A stretch of 64,000 bases of DNA from Malacoraja senta (GCA_038087875.1 CM075996.1:5768001-5832000); one strand, 5' to 3'. Counted from the stretch's first letter, positions 1 to 12,617 are shown. The notes: generated by a model from the sequence alone, not told the origin. Numbers and translations are program-made.

Positions 1-3000
1 CTCTCAGATAGCGATCTTGCTGTGTGTCTTAGAATTGTTACAACAGGATTCACTGAGGCTTCCGAACAGGAGGAAACCTTGCAGAATGTTCTCCTACCCA
101 ATCAACACTGCATCCTTCATTCTGCTCAAATGTTACAATACAATGACACACCATGGCTTGTTGTAGGAGATGATGTCAATCTCTGCCATAATCAGATAGC
201 TAGAGAAACAGCTGTCCGCTTCCTTGTTCAAACAACTAAAGACAAGGCAATGAAAAATCTGCAAGTCAAAGATTTGTCCTTATGGGCACAGGAATTTGGC
301 CAACAGGAAAAATTAACAGTTCGTTTAAAAAATATCATAAAAGCTTATCCATCCAAGAAAGATATACTAAAGGAATTAATTCAGAATGCAGATGATGCTG
401 AAGCCTCGGAAATCCATTTTATTTGGGATCCCAGAAAACATGGCAGCACAAAAACTTTTGGTGAGGAATGGAATACACTTCAGGGACCAGCATTGTGTGT
501 TTACAATAACAAAAAATTCACAGATAAGGACGTTGAAGGTATACAACAACTTGGGGAAGGAGGCAAACGCAATAGTCCAGAGAAAACTGGAAAGTATGGG
601 CTTGGTTTTAATTCAGTGTATCATTTGACAGACTGCCCCTCCTTTCTGTCAGGTGACAGAATGCTGTGCATCTTTGATCCTCATTTAGCTGTGCTTGCCA
701 CAGCAAAGCCACATTCTCCAGGAGGAATGTTTACAGTCAACCAGAAATTTAAAACTACTTTTGAGGATGTTTATACTACTTTTCTTCCTACCTTCTTCAA
801 GCTTGAATTGGGTACCATGTTCCGATTGCCATTGAGAACAGTAGAAATGGCTGAAAAATCAGATATCTCAAAGCAAGCAGTCACAAAGGATGTAATTCTC
901 GAATTGCTGGAATTGTTGAAAGCCGATTGTGATAGTCTCCTTTTGTTTTTAAATAATATCAAGAAAATTAGTTTCCACAAAGTGGACAAAAAAACAAGTG
1001 AAATACATGAAATATTTACTGCAGTAATAGAAATATCACAAGAAAGCATTAACAAACAGGAGCAACTGAAGAATTATATACAGAAGTATTCAAATTCAAA
1101 AGCTATAGTATCTAAAGAAGAATTTCCTCAAGTAACATATGAAATGGAGATTCGTTCTTCTATCAAAAATCCGACCAGATGGATTTTGGCAAATAAAGTG
1201 GGTGTTCATGAAGCAGAAGTTACTGAGACAGTGCAGAACCTTTATTCCAACCTGGGTCAGACATTTTTGCCTCGGGGTTCTGTTGCTGCCTGTATTAACT
1301 GCAGCAGTTTTCAAGGTAAAGCCTTTTGCTTCTTGCCTTTGCCAATAGAAACTGGGCTGCCTGTACACATCAATGGAAACTTTGCTGTTGACTTTGCCAG
1401 GCGAGACCTTTGGAAACAGGATGGCCAGAGCGGAAAGATGAAATGGAACAACTTTTTAAAATTACATCTGATTGCACCTTTGTATGCAGATTTACTTGAT
1501 TACATTCGGACACATTTACCTGGTAATAAAGCAGGTCCACTAAAATTTAACAGTTTGGAATTATGCAGAAACATTGTTGAACCCAGTTATCTCTGGTTCT
1601 TTCCTCATGTCTCTGAAGAAGTTCCTCAGGAATGGCAATTAATGATAAATCAAGTTTACAAATGCATATATCAAAAGGGCCTGTGTCTGATCCCTGTGGT
1701 CAAACATGAAAGTAGTATATTGTGCAATGAGAAGAAAGTTATTCATATTTCTTGGTCCAGTTTGAACAAGGAGAAAAAAGACGAAGTTCCTCACTTTGTA
1801 ACTACTCACATAACAGGAAAACTGACTGAAATTTTAGAAGATATTGGTATGAATTTAGTCTTACAGTCTATCTATATGTCCAAAGTTTTGAAAGCTTTAG
1901 AAAGAGCTTGTTTGGATATCTCTGTTTTGAACCCTGGGACAGTCAGGAAGTTTCTTCTAATCCATCCACTGAACAACACAGAGTCAACAAATAGCAACTA
2001 TCCCCTCCCACTCAGTGAATCCTTGATTAAAGACGGTACCAGATGCATGGCTCTTTTAGACTACTGTCTCTCTGATGTCAAGGAAGGAAATTATAATGCT
2101 CTAAATCATTTACCTCTGTTAGTCACGCAAGACAATATGCTGGGAAAATTTAAACGAGCCTCTCCAAAATATATCACTAAATTCTACGATTTATTTCCAG
2201 AATCCCTGGCACATTTTGCAAACTACGATGTCAACAAAAAATATAAAGATCTTCTCATGGCTGCTCTTATTTTAGAAGATTTCACAATTTCAAGGTCAGA
2301 ACAATTCATCCGAAACAAACTTGGATGTAGATTTCAAATTAAGTCTACTGATCCACACTTATGGATAAACGTCACTGAAAATGAACAATATACAGAATGG
2401 CTGAAGAAACTGTGGAGGTATTTTGAGGGCCATGTAAAATGTGATAATGACAATGAGAACACATTTGATAATCTCAAATTAATATTCTCAGATCTTGCTA
2501 TATTGCCGGTAGTATGTCCAATTTATCAAGGCCAGTGTCTACTCGCACCCATGGGATCGTTAAATAGTGTTATCTGTGAAATGACTCAAACCACCATAGC
2601 ACAAATTCTGCTAAAGCTTGGTTTTGCTAAAATTTCTGCAGATTACTTTTCCATGAAAGTACTATTTAATTGCATTAGACCTCATTCTTTAAGAACCGAT
2701 GACAAAGCCTCCATTTTACAACATCTGCGATTGACAAAATTAAGCTGGAATAATTTAAGTGAGTGGGAAATTGAAACTATATTGAGGTTCCTTCACTCTG
2801 GAATGGAAACAAGTGATGATAGACATAAATACCAGGATCAGCTAAAAACTCTTCCACTTTATGAAACAATGGAAGGGAGTTTTGAAACTATTGAGATGTA
2901 CAATATGATTTACATTCTAAATACTCAATTCATCAATACATTTCCACATTTATATAAATTGGACAGCTCGTCTGTATTTTTGAAAAAAACAAGGATAAAT

Positions 3001-6000
3001 ACTGAGGTGTCAGAAGATTTGGGAATTCATATAATTGACGATTTACAATTTTTTATGGATTACATCATTCCTAACATTGAACAAATATTTAATGATCAAA
3101 AGCTGGATGTCTTACGTTTCTTGTATAATATAATCTGCTGTTATAATACAGATTATGAAATGAAAAAAGAAAAAATTGTGTCTAATCTCAAAAGCATAAA
3201 ACTGATCAAAGCCAAGAATGGAATATTTCAAAAAGTGTCATATTTCTATGAGAAGAAAGAACCCTTATTTAAAATTATGATTACAGCAGAAAAGTTTGTT
3301 CCTGAGAGTTTTTTTAAAAGTATGGGTTGCTATTATGATGATTCCAATTTAATCAAATTGCTGAAGGATCTGGGAATTAAGCGCTCTGTTTCTTCAGATG
3401 ATTTTATCGCTTTTGCATTGCAAGTTTCAGAAGAGGTGAACATGCATGCTCCTTTGAAAGAACTAATTGAAAAAAGTGATGCTTTGCTCACATACTTCTG
3501 TAATGTAGAAGAGGAGAACCTTCAAAAGGATTTTTATGAAAAAGTGGCAGATATTAAATTTGTTTATCCACACAAAGTTCGAGAGTTTCTACGTAGCTTA
3601 CATCCACCTTATGCAGAAGGGAGGAGTTTTGTTCCATTGAAGAGCTCATTGGTGAAACAGCGGGAGGAAGACGAGGACTTGGTTTGGACTTCCATGCCTA
3701 TTTTACCATCAAAATGTGCACTGTCAAGAAATATGAGTAGGTTAAAAGCTGTTGGTGCTCTTTTTGTTCCTCCAGAAACAACAGTCATAGCAAACCTTAG
3801 GAAAATTTGCTTTGCTGCCTGTAAAAATCACAGTGCCTTAAAAACCAGATCCAAAGTGCTTCAGACTGCGTATAGCTTCCTTCAAAATCATTCATTTGAT
3901 GTGCTGTCTCTTGCTGATCTTCCAATTGTTCTTGTAGAAGAGGACACTCTGCTGATAAAAATCAGCCAGGTGGTGTTCTCATTACAAAATTATGATGAGT
4001 TTCATCCTTATTTATATCGGCTCCCTCCAGTGCTAGCTCCATACCATGAGTTCTTCCAGAAGTTGGGTGTTGCTCTGGAGCCATCAGCTTCTCATCTTGT
4101 TCAGATACTCATATCTCTTTATGAAGATTCCAGCAAAGTGATTAGCTTAAATCCAAACCAAATGATAACTGTGAAACGAACCTTGTATCATCTGTTTACA
4201 CTTTTGGAATCTAGAACAGAGGAACGGACAGTTGAAAAATTAAAGCCACTGCATCTCCCAGCAAGTGATGGTATTATGTACCCATCCAATACATTATGTT
4301 TCAATGATAGAATTAGTACAGGTTCCAGAATAGATGTCAGTGTGTTAAAAGGAAAGTTTAATTTTCTTCTCGATCTGGGTGAATGTCATTTGAGTTCTGA
4401 TCCTTACAAGCAGATAAATCTTTTACAATTTCTACCTGAAGAAATTCGTCCAAAGATGCTTTCACAGTTAACAGAGGAAATTCTCAATGAATCGGTTCTG
4501 TGTCTTTGTCCATATGGAAATGATTGCATGTTCAGGAATGATTTCTACAAGCTTCTTGTGTCCTCTAATTTTAGAGGTGGGTTAGTGAGCTTGTTAAAGG
4601 CTCAGTGCTGCGGAGAGCTGCCTGTGAGTGACATTCAGCGCGATTGTGAAAATGTATTTTCTAAAATACAAATTATTTGCTGCGAAAAACTGGAAACAAT
4701 TCTTTGCTTAGGGTCAGAACAGCTGATTAACACCAGCATCGAGAAACAAGTCTACACCAAGATAAGCAATACAGGTACTGGTGTGGTGTACCTAGAACAC
4801 AGAGATAATGTACCATTCAGTATGAGAACTGTCATCATACATTCTTTGGCGACTGAGCTCAATTCACTGTTGAAGAATGCCTTAAACAAAGATTCACTGT
4901 TAATTCTGGTGCTGATGCTCAGCTGTGAAAATCCACATGACATACAGAAAGTGTTGGAAGACAAAGGCATCCTCACTCGTAAGTTAAAAGTCCAGATGCC
5001 AACGAACCAGCCTAGTCCTGGAGATCCCATTCCAGAAGAACTGATTCACACATTGGAAATGGATATTGCACATAATTTCAAACCTGGTGAATATATAGCT
5101 TATAAGGACCCATCTGCAAATGATTATGTATATGCCATTTTTATTGAGTGTTTCAACACAGATAAGTTTACCAAAGATATAAGGATAGAAAAGTGTAAGA
5201 TAAAGATAGCTACAGATATCTTCATTACCGTCAACCATCTGGATTTGTACAAATTTGGTCAACATAAGATGCCCGAGGAAATATGCCAGAAAGCTGTTGT
5301 ATTGGATACATCAAAAGATAAACTGCAAACATCCAGCCAGAAATATGAGTCATTGGACAGCATTAAGAAAGAAATTCAGGAATATCTAAAGGAAGTTAGA
5401 AATCTCCCTAAGGATGAGAGACAGAAAGCAATTCGTCGCCTGTATCTGAAGTGGCATCCAGACAAAAACCCAAGCAATGTGGAAGTAACGACAAAGTTGT
5501 GTCACTTTATTCAAGAGAAAGTGAAGCAGCTGGACATAATCGGAGCGGAGAGTGGAAGCACCTCATCAAATTACAAAAGCTCCTTTTCCAGAAAAGAGGA
5601 AGATTTTTCTTCATTTTTCAATCAATGGAATAGTGAGGCGTCAAGACATAAGCAGAGACCACCACAGCAGAAAAAAAGTCAATCTGCCAGTGAATTCTGG
5701 TCATTCCCAAACAAAAATCAGCCTAATCCAGAAGAGGCTGAAAGATGGCTTAGACAAGCAAAATGTGATCTCCGAGCAGCTTTCAATGACCTGGGCTCTG
5801 CCGGCCAAGACTGTACTGCCACCGAATGGTTGTATTTTAAAATTCATCAAGCTGTTGAAAAAGCTTTAATTGCTGCAGAGTACAAGAAAAGCGGAAAATG
5901 TGTTAGTGACCAGAGCATCACCTTCCTTGCCAAACAGGTATCAAAGTATGGTGCAAAACTATCAGAGCTGGGGAGCTTGGTGAATAAACTCAAAGAACAT

Positions 6001-6153
6001 GGAGTAGATAGCAAGAAGACTCAATATCCCAACTATCACATACAGCCCCTTGTCCCGAATGATCATTTCAAGCCGGGTCATGAGCAAGAGGTTCTAAGTT
6101 TAGCGCAAACAATTCTGGACAGTATTGAAGATTTCATCGGAAGTAACACATAG
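1..6153 (+). CDS. Sacsin-like protein, 3' part of a giant single exon (5'-truncated by the window edge)
   Basis: Intronless ORF of more than 2040 codons, open from base 1. It contains a sacsin repeat/Hsp90-like ATPase module (FGQQEKLTVRLKNII..Y..ILKELIQNADDA; GKYGLGFNSVYHLTDCP; GKAFCFLPLP..TGLPVHING), a DnaJ motif (RRLYLKWHPDKN) and a C-terminal HEPN region (EAERWLRQAKCDL...). It looks too diverged to be the SACS orthologue. Confidence 0.93.
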   Translation, partial: LSDSDLAVCLRIVTTGFTEASEQEETLQNVLLPNQHCILHSAQMLQYNDTPWLVVGDDVNLCHNQIARETAVRFLVQTTKDKAMKNLQVKDLSLWAQEFGQQEKLTVRLKNIIKAYPSKKDILKELIQNADDAEASEIHFIWDPRKHGSTKTFGEEWNTLQGPALCVYNNKKFTDKDVEGIQQLGEGGKRNSPEKTGKYGLGFNSVYHLTDCPSFLSGDRMLCIFDPHLAVLATAKPHSPGGMFTVNQKFKTTFEDVYTTFLPTFFKLELGTMFRLPLRTVEMAEKSDISKQAVTKDVILELLELLKADCDSLLLFLNNIKKISFHKVDKKTSEIHEIFTAVIEISQESINKQEQLKNYIQKYSNSKAIVSKEEFPQVTYEMEIRSSIKNPTRWILANKVGVHEAEVTETVQNLYSNLGQTFLPRGSVAACINCSSFQGKAFCFLPLPIETGLPVHINGNFAVDFARRDLWKQDGQSGKMKWNNFLKLHLIAPLYADLLDYIRTHLPGNKAGPLKFNSLELCRNIVEPSYLWFFPHVSEEVPQEWQLMINQVYKCIYQKGLCLIPVVKHESSILCNEKKVIHISWSSLNKEKKDEVPHFVTTHITGKLTEILEDIGMNLVLQSIYMSKVLKALERACLDISVLNPGTVRKFLLIHPLNNTESTNSNYPLPLSESLIKDGTRCMALLDYCLSDVKEGNYNALNHLPLLVTQDNMLGKFKRASPKYITKFYDLFPESLAHFANYDVNKKYKDLLMAALILEDFTISRSEQFIRNKLGCRFQIKSTDPHLWINVTENEQYTEWLKKLWRYFEGHVKCDNDNENTFDNLKLIFSDLAILPVVCPIYQGQCLLAPMGSLNSVICEMTQTTIAQILLKLGFAKISADYFSMKVLFNCIRPHSLRTDDKASILQHLRLTKLSWNNLSEWEIETILRFLHSGMETSDDRHKYQDQLKTLPLYETMEGSFETIEMYNMIYILNTQFINTFPHLYKLDSSSVFLKKTRINTEVSEDLGIHIIDDLQFFMDYIIPNIEQIFNDQKLDVLRFLYNIICCYNTDYEMKKEKIVSNLKSIKLIKAKNGIFQKVSYFYEKKEPLFKIMITAEKFVPESFFKSMGCYYDDSNLIKLLKDLGIKRSVSSDDFIAFALQVSEEVNMHAPLKELIEKSDALLTYFCNVEEENLQKDFYEKVADIKFVYPHKVREFLRSLHPPYAEGRSFVPLKSSLVKQREEDEDLVWTSMPILPSKCALSRNMSRLKAVGALFVPPETTVIANLRKICFAACKNHSALKTRSKVLQTAYSFLQNHSFDVLSLADLPIVLVEEDTLLIKISQVVFSLQNYDEFHPYLYRLPPVLAPYHEFFQKLGVALEPSASHLVQILISLYEDSSKVISLNPNQMITVKRTLYHLFTLLESRTEERTVEKLKPLHLPASDGIMYPSNTLCFNDRISTGSRIDVSVLKGKFNFLLDLGECHLSSDPYKQINLLQFLPEEIRPKMLSQLTEEILNESVLCLCPYGNDCMFRNDFYKLLVSSNFRGGLVSLLKAQCCGELPVSDIQRDCENVFSKIQIICCEKLETILCLGSEQLINTSIEKQVYTKISNTGTGVVYLEHRDNVPFSMRTVIIHSLATELNSLLKNALNKDSLLILVLMLSCENPHDIQKVLEDKGILTRKLKVQMPTNQPSPGDPIPEELIHTLEMDIAHNFKPGEYIAYKDPSANDYVYAIFIECFNTDKFTKDIRIEKCKIKIATDIFITVNHLDLYKFGQHKMPEEICQKAVVLDTSKDKLQTSSQKYESLDSIKKEIQEYLKEVRNLPKDERQKAIRRLYLKWHPDKNPSNVEVTTKLCHFIQEKVKQLDIIGAESGSTSSNYKSSFSRKEEDFSSFFNQWNSEASRHKQRPPQQKKSQSASEFWSFPNKNQPNPEEAERWLRQAKCDLRAAFNDLGSAGQDCTATEWLYFKIHQAVEKALIAAEYKKSGKCVSDQSITFLAKQVSKYGAKLSELGSLVNKLKEHGVDSKKTQYPNYHIQPLVPNDHFKPGHEQEVLSLAQTILDSIEDFIGSNT

Positions 6154-6406
6154 GCAGAATCCTTTACCATGATCAGTAGTGTTACAGCATAATTAAAAAT
6201 CAATATCTGACTTTAGGCTGGAAATATTTTTTATGTAATGTCATTGCAGTATTCAAGCTTCTCTTAACAAAGTCAAGTCAAATCGGATGCCTATATGTAC
6301 TGATAACCTTTGTTTACTTTGTGGCAGCTGGCTTTCAAACAATTTACTGGAAAGAAAATGTCAATGACTGATTAATTGTAAATTGTTCTCGTGTAAATAC
6401 CTGTTA

Positions 6407-6630
6407 AATAAACGTTTTTGCTCCGTGAATGCAAAATGTGAATCCAAACCCATTTTCTACCTACATTCATTATATTCAGTTTTGTAAACAGGAATAAAAT
6501 AACTTGAAGTTGATGGTTATGTCTGAACAAAACATTTCTGTATGATTCAGATAATATAATTGTGACCCACTACTGACAGACTTTCTAATTAAAAAATAGT
6601 AAAGCAAAGTGCTCTCAGGAATCTAATAAA
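6407..6630 (+). terminator. Candidate polyadenylation signals of the sacsin-like gene
   Basis: AATAAA at 6407, 6493 and 6625 in AT-rich sequence after the stop codon. Confidence 0.5.
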
Positions 6631-7639
6631 TGTTTTATCATATAATCTGTCTGACTTTATGCAGTAGAAAACAGCTAATAATTCCCAAAGGTTTGAACAA
6701 ATATTGGGGGAAACATGATCGCCTCTTTACAGGAGCTATGATTAATTAGAAAAAAAGGTGCTTTTATGTATTTTATGTAAAGTACAGAATTAAACAGCAT
6801 TTGATTCGAACGTTGTGATTAACTCATAAAGCTGTAATTTTATCCCATATAATATCTTTCTAGCCACACATCTATGCTGAGTTATCTGACCTCAACCTAG
6901 CTCTTATTAAGGATTTTGAGAGCAAGGGATTATCCATAATGACAGTTTGCAAGATGGATGACAACAATTTTTTTTAACGCGATTAAATCAAGGCTCCCCC
7001 ACCTCCCCTTATAGAGTTCACAAATCACTACTAAAGTATTTGAGATAGGAATAAAAATTCACTCTTACAGAGGTTATGTGAGAAACTAAGTAAACCAAGT
7101 GTGAAAGAAACAACAAATGTCGTCAATTTGTGTCAAGGGTTCACATACGGCAAATTTAATGCAGATGATTTACTAGGAATACATCATCGCCCTAAAGCAT
7201 GGGTGAACTTCATGACCGTTTGCGTGACATATGATCACGGAAGCAGATACAACAGCAAGCAAAATGGAGGAATATAGACCATGTGCAAGCAGATGGGATT
7301 AGTTTGGCATCATGGTCAACACATACCTATTCCTGTGCTCTAATGTTCAAGCTTCAGATATGTATTCAACAATAGATGCTCCGCCTCCTTAAAACTGAGG
7401 CTGTAATTCACTGTACAGTTTTACAGCATCTAGGTTGCTTCTTGGTTACTAAATTCTAAATCGGAACGATAGTTAAATACATTTGTCACAGATAATTGTA
7501 TTACAGATAGATTTTCATTGCATATAGAAACCTTACCCTATATAATAGCATCTGCACACAAGGTTACAATTCATCTTGCAGCAGAATGAAATGTTTATTA
7601 TATTAGACTCACCCAGTGAGCAATGGCCAGTAACAACAC

Positions 7640-8085
7640 TTGTCGTGGCTATCCCTCGAGGTCGAAGATGATGGTCTACGTTCTGTTGTTTTTATGGACT
7701 CTCAGGTGACTTCCTGGCTTTGCAGCTCACAGAACGAAGATGCCTGTGCGTGTGTGTGTTTAACGTGTACTTGATGTTGTACTCCAAGAAGCACACGGTC
7801 CTTCACAAATCAATCAACTTATTCCAATGGCAAGAGAACCAAGACGATTGGAGCTGATAGATCTGTTGCAGCCTTCATCCGCCTTCACAGCCGTTGAGTT
7901 CAAGATAACTTCGTCCTCCTGGTCCGCCGTTGAGGTCTTGTAGGTTGGATCGTTCTTGGTCTGGACCCTCATCCTCGACCTTACCGCCATGGGTGGCCCT
8001 ACCAGAAGCTGGTGCTTCCGACGGCATCGCTCTCGGAATCATGGGGTCACGCAAGCCTCTTCCCCCAGACAAGGTAAACGATCCA
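7640..8085 (-). mobile_element. Non-autonomous bipartite RTE-derived retroposon (RTE 5' UTR + 3' tail)
   Basis: The minus strand starts ACCTTGTCTGGGGGAAGAGGCTTGCGTGACCCCATGA..GGTAGGGCCACCCATGGCGGTAAGGTC (RTE/Expander-type 5' UTR) and ends CATCATCTTCGACCTCGAGGGATAGCCACGAC (RTE-type tail). No ORF lies between them. Confidence 0.55.
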
Positions 8086-8341
8086 AAGACTACAACACTA
8101 CATAGGAATGGAAAGAATGGCTTCCTGATATCCCAACCCCTGACATATCAGACTCTGAGCATTTTGAGAGGCAACTAATCAGAAATGAGATTTAGGTCAA
8201 TTCATGAAACAAAATCTCTGGGAAATTCTCCCCAATTTCCCATGGCAATTAAGCAGGATCCAGGGAACTGGAGACAGCAGGACACAAGATCCACAACCCC
8301 CAAATGAGTGCAGATACTTACTCCTTTTGAATTGTTTAAGA

Positions 8342-8546
8342 AGGAACTGCAGATACTGGAAAATCGAAGGTAGACAAAAATGCTGGAGAAACTCAGCGGG
8401 TGCAGCAGCATCTATCGAGCGAAGGAAATAGGCAACGTTTCGGGCAACGTTTCTGAAGAAGGGTTTCGGCCCGAAACATTGCCTATTTCCTTCGCTCCAT
8501 AGATGCTGCTGCATCCGCTGAGTTTCTCCAGCATTTTTGTGTACCT
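8342..8546. repeat. Inverted pair of Penelope-derived terminal repeats
   Basis: GTAGACAAAAATGCTGGAGAAACTCAGCGG... is followed by its reverse complement. The flanking CTTACTCCTTTTGAAT is duplicated on both sides. Confidence 0.6.
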
Positions 8547-10381
8547 TACTCCTTTTGAATGCTGTACTGAATAATTACTGCAGGTTCCAGCAATGTGTCA
8601 CCCCCTGGGCATTTATCCCTCATCTGGGTAATAATCCAGCCCTTGATACACGTATTTATCCCAGTTATGAATGATTATCTCTGATTTGTGTGGTAGTCCT
8701 GCTCAGAATATTTTTCTCACCTATGGATGATCAGACCTGCAAAAAAAGTGACTTACTATAATAAGTTCATAAGTGATAGGAGCAGAATTTGCCCTTTCGG
8801 CCCATCAAGTCTACTCTGCCATTCAATCAGGGCTGATCTATCTCTCCCTCCTAACTCCTGCCTTCAAGAATCTCATCTAACCTATTTAATCTTAGGCCAC
8901 TATTCTACCCATTTTAAATATCCAGACCTTTCATTGTATATAAACCACTACTCTAACCCATCCGTTACCTCTAAATCTCTAAATCTTCAGTTCTGCAGAA
9001 TCCTAGTAAGTATGGATTTTGAGTATTTATCCTCTACAACTCAACTACAAAACAAGCAAGCAAGAATGTCATTGTCCTATCTGGGACACATGACAATAAA
9101 CTCTCTTGACTTGACTTAACATCCTGCTCAGTTATCCAAAAAAATCTTGCAAAGTAACACATAAAAGACCCACATTCCAAAATCAATCAGTTCTTAAATA
9201 TTACTGCTGTATGAAAACATAACAAAATTTAAATCTTGAAGTTCATAAACCCATGGTGTATGATTATAAACCCAGAGCTAAATGGAAATATATCACACAT
9301 GATCCCTGCTCTGGATAGTAATCCCAGCTGCAGATGAAAATCCCTTCTCTGGGTGCTAATTCCCACTGCCTGATTATCCCTATGCTGGGCATTTGTCCCT
9401 ATTGCTGCTTGGGGGAATGGTGAGGTGAACTGTGAGCCCAATATGGGCCCTGAGGAGGGATGGGAGGGAAAAGAAATTGGCAGTGGGGGAAGAACGGGGG
9501 TGGGGGAGATGTTGCAGTAACCTTAAATTGGAGGATTCAATATCCATACCGTTGGATTGTAAGCTACCCGAGCAGAATATGAGCTCTCAGGAATATGTAC
9601 TGTATAACCTCCACCAATGTAAAGCACTTTGGCCAACGAGAGTTGTTTTTTAAATGTGCTATAGAAATAAAAGTGACTTGACTTGATAACCTATCCATGC
9701 CCTCTGGCAATGGAGGAGGCCCAGGACAGAAAGGTCAGTGTGGAAATGGGAAGGGGAGTTAAAATGGTTAGCAACTGGGAGTTTCAGGTACTCTTTGGCA
9801 GGCCAAGCGCAAGTGTTCAGCGAAACGGTTACCTCAACTCTGGTCACCGGTCCAGATAATTATACCTGCTCCCGGTGGTTATCTCCCATAGAGTCATACA
9901 GCACAGAAACAGGCCCTTCAGCCCACCATGTTCATGCCGACCATTAGGTTCCTATCCATATGAATCACATTTGCTCGCACTGCACCGTGGCACAGTAGTA
10001 ATGTTACTGCCTTACAGCGCCAGAGACCCGGGTTCGATCCTGACTGCGGGTGCTGTCTATGAGTTTGTACATTCTCCCTGTGACCGCATGCGTTTACCAT
10101 GGGTGCTCCGGTTTCCTCCCCTGTTCCAAAGACATACAGGTTTGTAGGTTAATTTGGCCTTGGTCAAAAATTGGAAATTGGCCCTTGTGTGCGGAATGGT
10201 GCTAGTGTACGGGAATCACTGGTCGGTGTGGACTCAATGGGCTGAAGGGCCTGTTTCATGTGGTATCTTGGCCTGTAGCCATCTGTGCCTTTGTAATTCA
10301 AGTGCACAGCTACAAATGTAGGAGGGTCAAGAAGAGCCAAAACGTCACCCATTCCTTCCCTCCAGAGATGCTGCCTGTCCC

Positions 10382-11097
10382 CAGGGCCGGATTTAGATGA
10401 AGAGAGGCCCTAAGCTATTTCACTTGTGAGCCCCCCCTCCCAATCCCCCACCCCCACGACTAGAGGACCATGACTACCCGACAGTGACAGTGTGACACTT
10501 TTAGATCCTACTGTATGTTGTCATTAAACAGTTGGTTTTAAAATACATATTGGATTCACCGCGGAGCGGGCGATGCCTTACCTGGATCGCCGTCTGAAGC
10601 TCTGGAGTGTTGGGCCTGCGGCAGGGATGGGGGTTGGGGCCGGAGGAAGGCAGATAAGTGGACTGAGGCCGAGGCAATGTCTGGTAGGGGGGTGGTGGGT
10701 GGTCAGGGGGAAGGGGGTATGAGGACTGTAGTGTGGGTAGGGAAGAGCTGGGGTCACATAGTTTGAGGGGGATGGGGAAGACCCAGTGGAACAGCCACTG
10801 AGGTTACCAGGGTTAGGGTGACTAGCACTAGGACCCAGCGCATTCAAACCCAGGGGAGTGGGAATCTGCAGCGTGGAAACTTCAGGCCCGGTGCTGAGTC
10901 CATGCTGCAGGTAAGGCGACGGCTGCAGGCTGCTGGAGGGCGGTGGAGTGGCCAGGGTCAGCGGGCAAAGAGTAGGAGGTCCCGGTGGGCGGATGGCGGT
11001 GGGCGGATGGTCGGTGAGGCAGCGAGGTGAGTAGGCCCCCCTAGATCTCGAGGCCCTAAGGTTAAGCTTGTCTAGCTTATACGTAAATCCGGCCCTG
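10382..11097. mobile_element. Non-autonomous hAT DNA transposon
   Basis: TIRs CAGGGCCGGATTTA / TAAATCCGGCCCTG with a perfect 8-bp TSD CCTGTCCC (10374-10381 and 11098-11105). Inserted within a Penelope-derived repeat. Confidence 0.88.
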
Positions 11098-11654
11098 CCT
11101 GTCCCGCTGAGTTACTCCAGCATTTTGCGTCAATCTTTGGTACATCTGCAGTTCCTTCTTACACATTTCGTCTGGAAATGTAGTAAACGTTTGAGAGTTT
11201 CTGCCTCCACCGCCCTCTCAGCTTCTGCATCCAGATTCCAACCTTAATCTGGGTTAAAACAAATCTTCCTCAGATTCTAAACCATTTACTGGTTTTCCCT
11301 AGACCTAGACCTTCCAGATTTAGATATCACTGCTATAAGAAAACTTTTCTAACATCTAACCTATCCTATGCCCCTCATAATTTTGCACAACTCTATCAGA
11401 TCCCATCTCAGCCCGCCTTGCTCCAAGGAAAATATAGCCAGCCTATTCCATCACTCTTTATAACTGAAACACTCCATCCCAGACCACATCCTGGTGAATC
11501 TCCTCTGCATCCTTTCCATCAAGATCATGTTCTTCTGAGAGTGTGGTGACCAAAACTATATTCAGTAATTTATATATAAATAAAATATAATATACGTGTT
11601 TACGTGAGGTGTATTTGTTATATACGTGTCTATATTACTGGGTGTAGTATACTG

Positions 11655-12090
11655 GGAATCCAGGAGCGGAAAAGGCTGCAAAAAGTTGTAGTCCATCATC
11701 GGCTCTGACCTCCCTACCATCGAGGGGATCTCTCACAGTCGCTGCCTCAAAAAGGCTGGCAGCATCATCAAGGACCCACACCATCCTGGCCACACACTCA
11801 TCTCTCCGCTGCCATCAGGTAGAAGGTACAGGAGCCTGAAATCTGCAACATCCAGGTTCAGGAATAGCTACTTCACCACAGCCATCAGGCTATTAAACAC
11901 AACTTCAAGCAAACTCTGAACTATAACAGCCTATTGCACTTTATCTGTTTATTTATGTGTGTATATATATATATTTATGGTATATGGACACACTGATCTG
12001 TTGGGTATTTATGCCTACAATATTCTGTTGTGCTGCAGCAAGCAAGAATTTCATTATCCTCTCTGGGTCACACGACAATAAACTCTCTTG
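11655..12090 (+). mobile_element. Rex1/Babar LINE 3' fragment
   Basis: Translates to IIKDPHHPGHTLISPLPSGRRYRSLKSATSRFRNSYFTTAIRLLN, the typical Rex1 ORF C-terminus, followed by a 3' UTR ending ACAATAAACTCTCTTGAA. Confidence 0.75.
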
Positions 12091-12336
12091 AAGTCTTGAA
12101 GTATATATATATTACTGGGTATCTATCTACCCTACTAATATTTACACACACACATATATATACTGTATGTGTTGACAGTGTACAATGTTTACATATCTGT
12201 TGAGCTGCTGCAAGAACGAATTACATTGTTGCGTTTCAAGACATATGACAAATAAATCAACTCTGGACTCTTTAATGTTTGTGGTTGACCCAGATAAATG
12301 CCACCGTTTATCCACTTTAGGTGTCATATCCTTGTC

Positions 12337-12372
<36 letters not shown>

Positions 12373-12617
12373 CCTCACCCAGGGGGATCAGTCCGCCCTG
12401 GGTTGTACTTCCCAAGCTGGCGAGTGTGAGTGCCCGCGTTGAGCGTTGGTATCCCCGCCTCTGGCTTGGTTGCGACAGAACTCCTGCAAACGCCGAGCCT
12501 TTGTGCGCGAACAGACGCCAGTCGACTCACCGCTGACCTCAGCCGCGGCCAGAAAGTTTGCCCAAGAATGAGGCGCTCCAGTCGAAGGTTTCCCGGTTAC
12601 ATCCAACCATTACTTTA

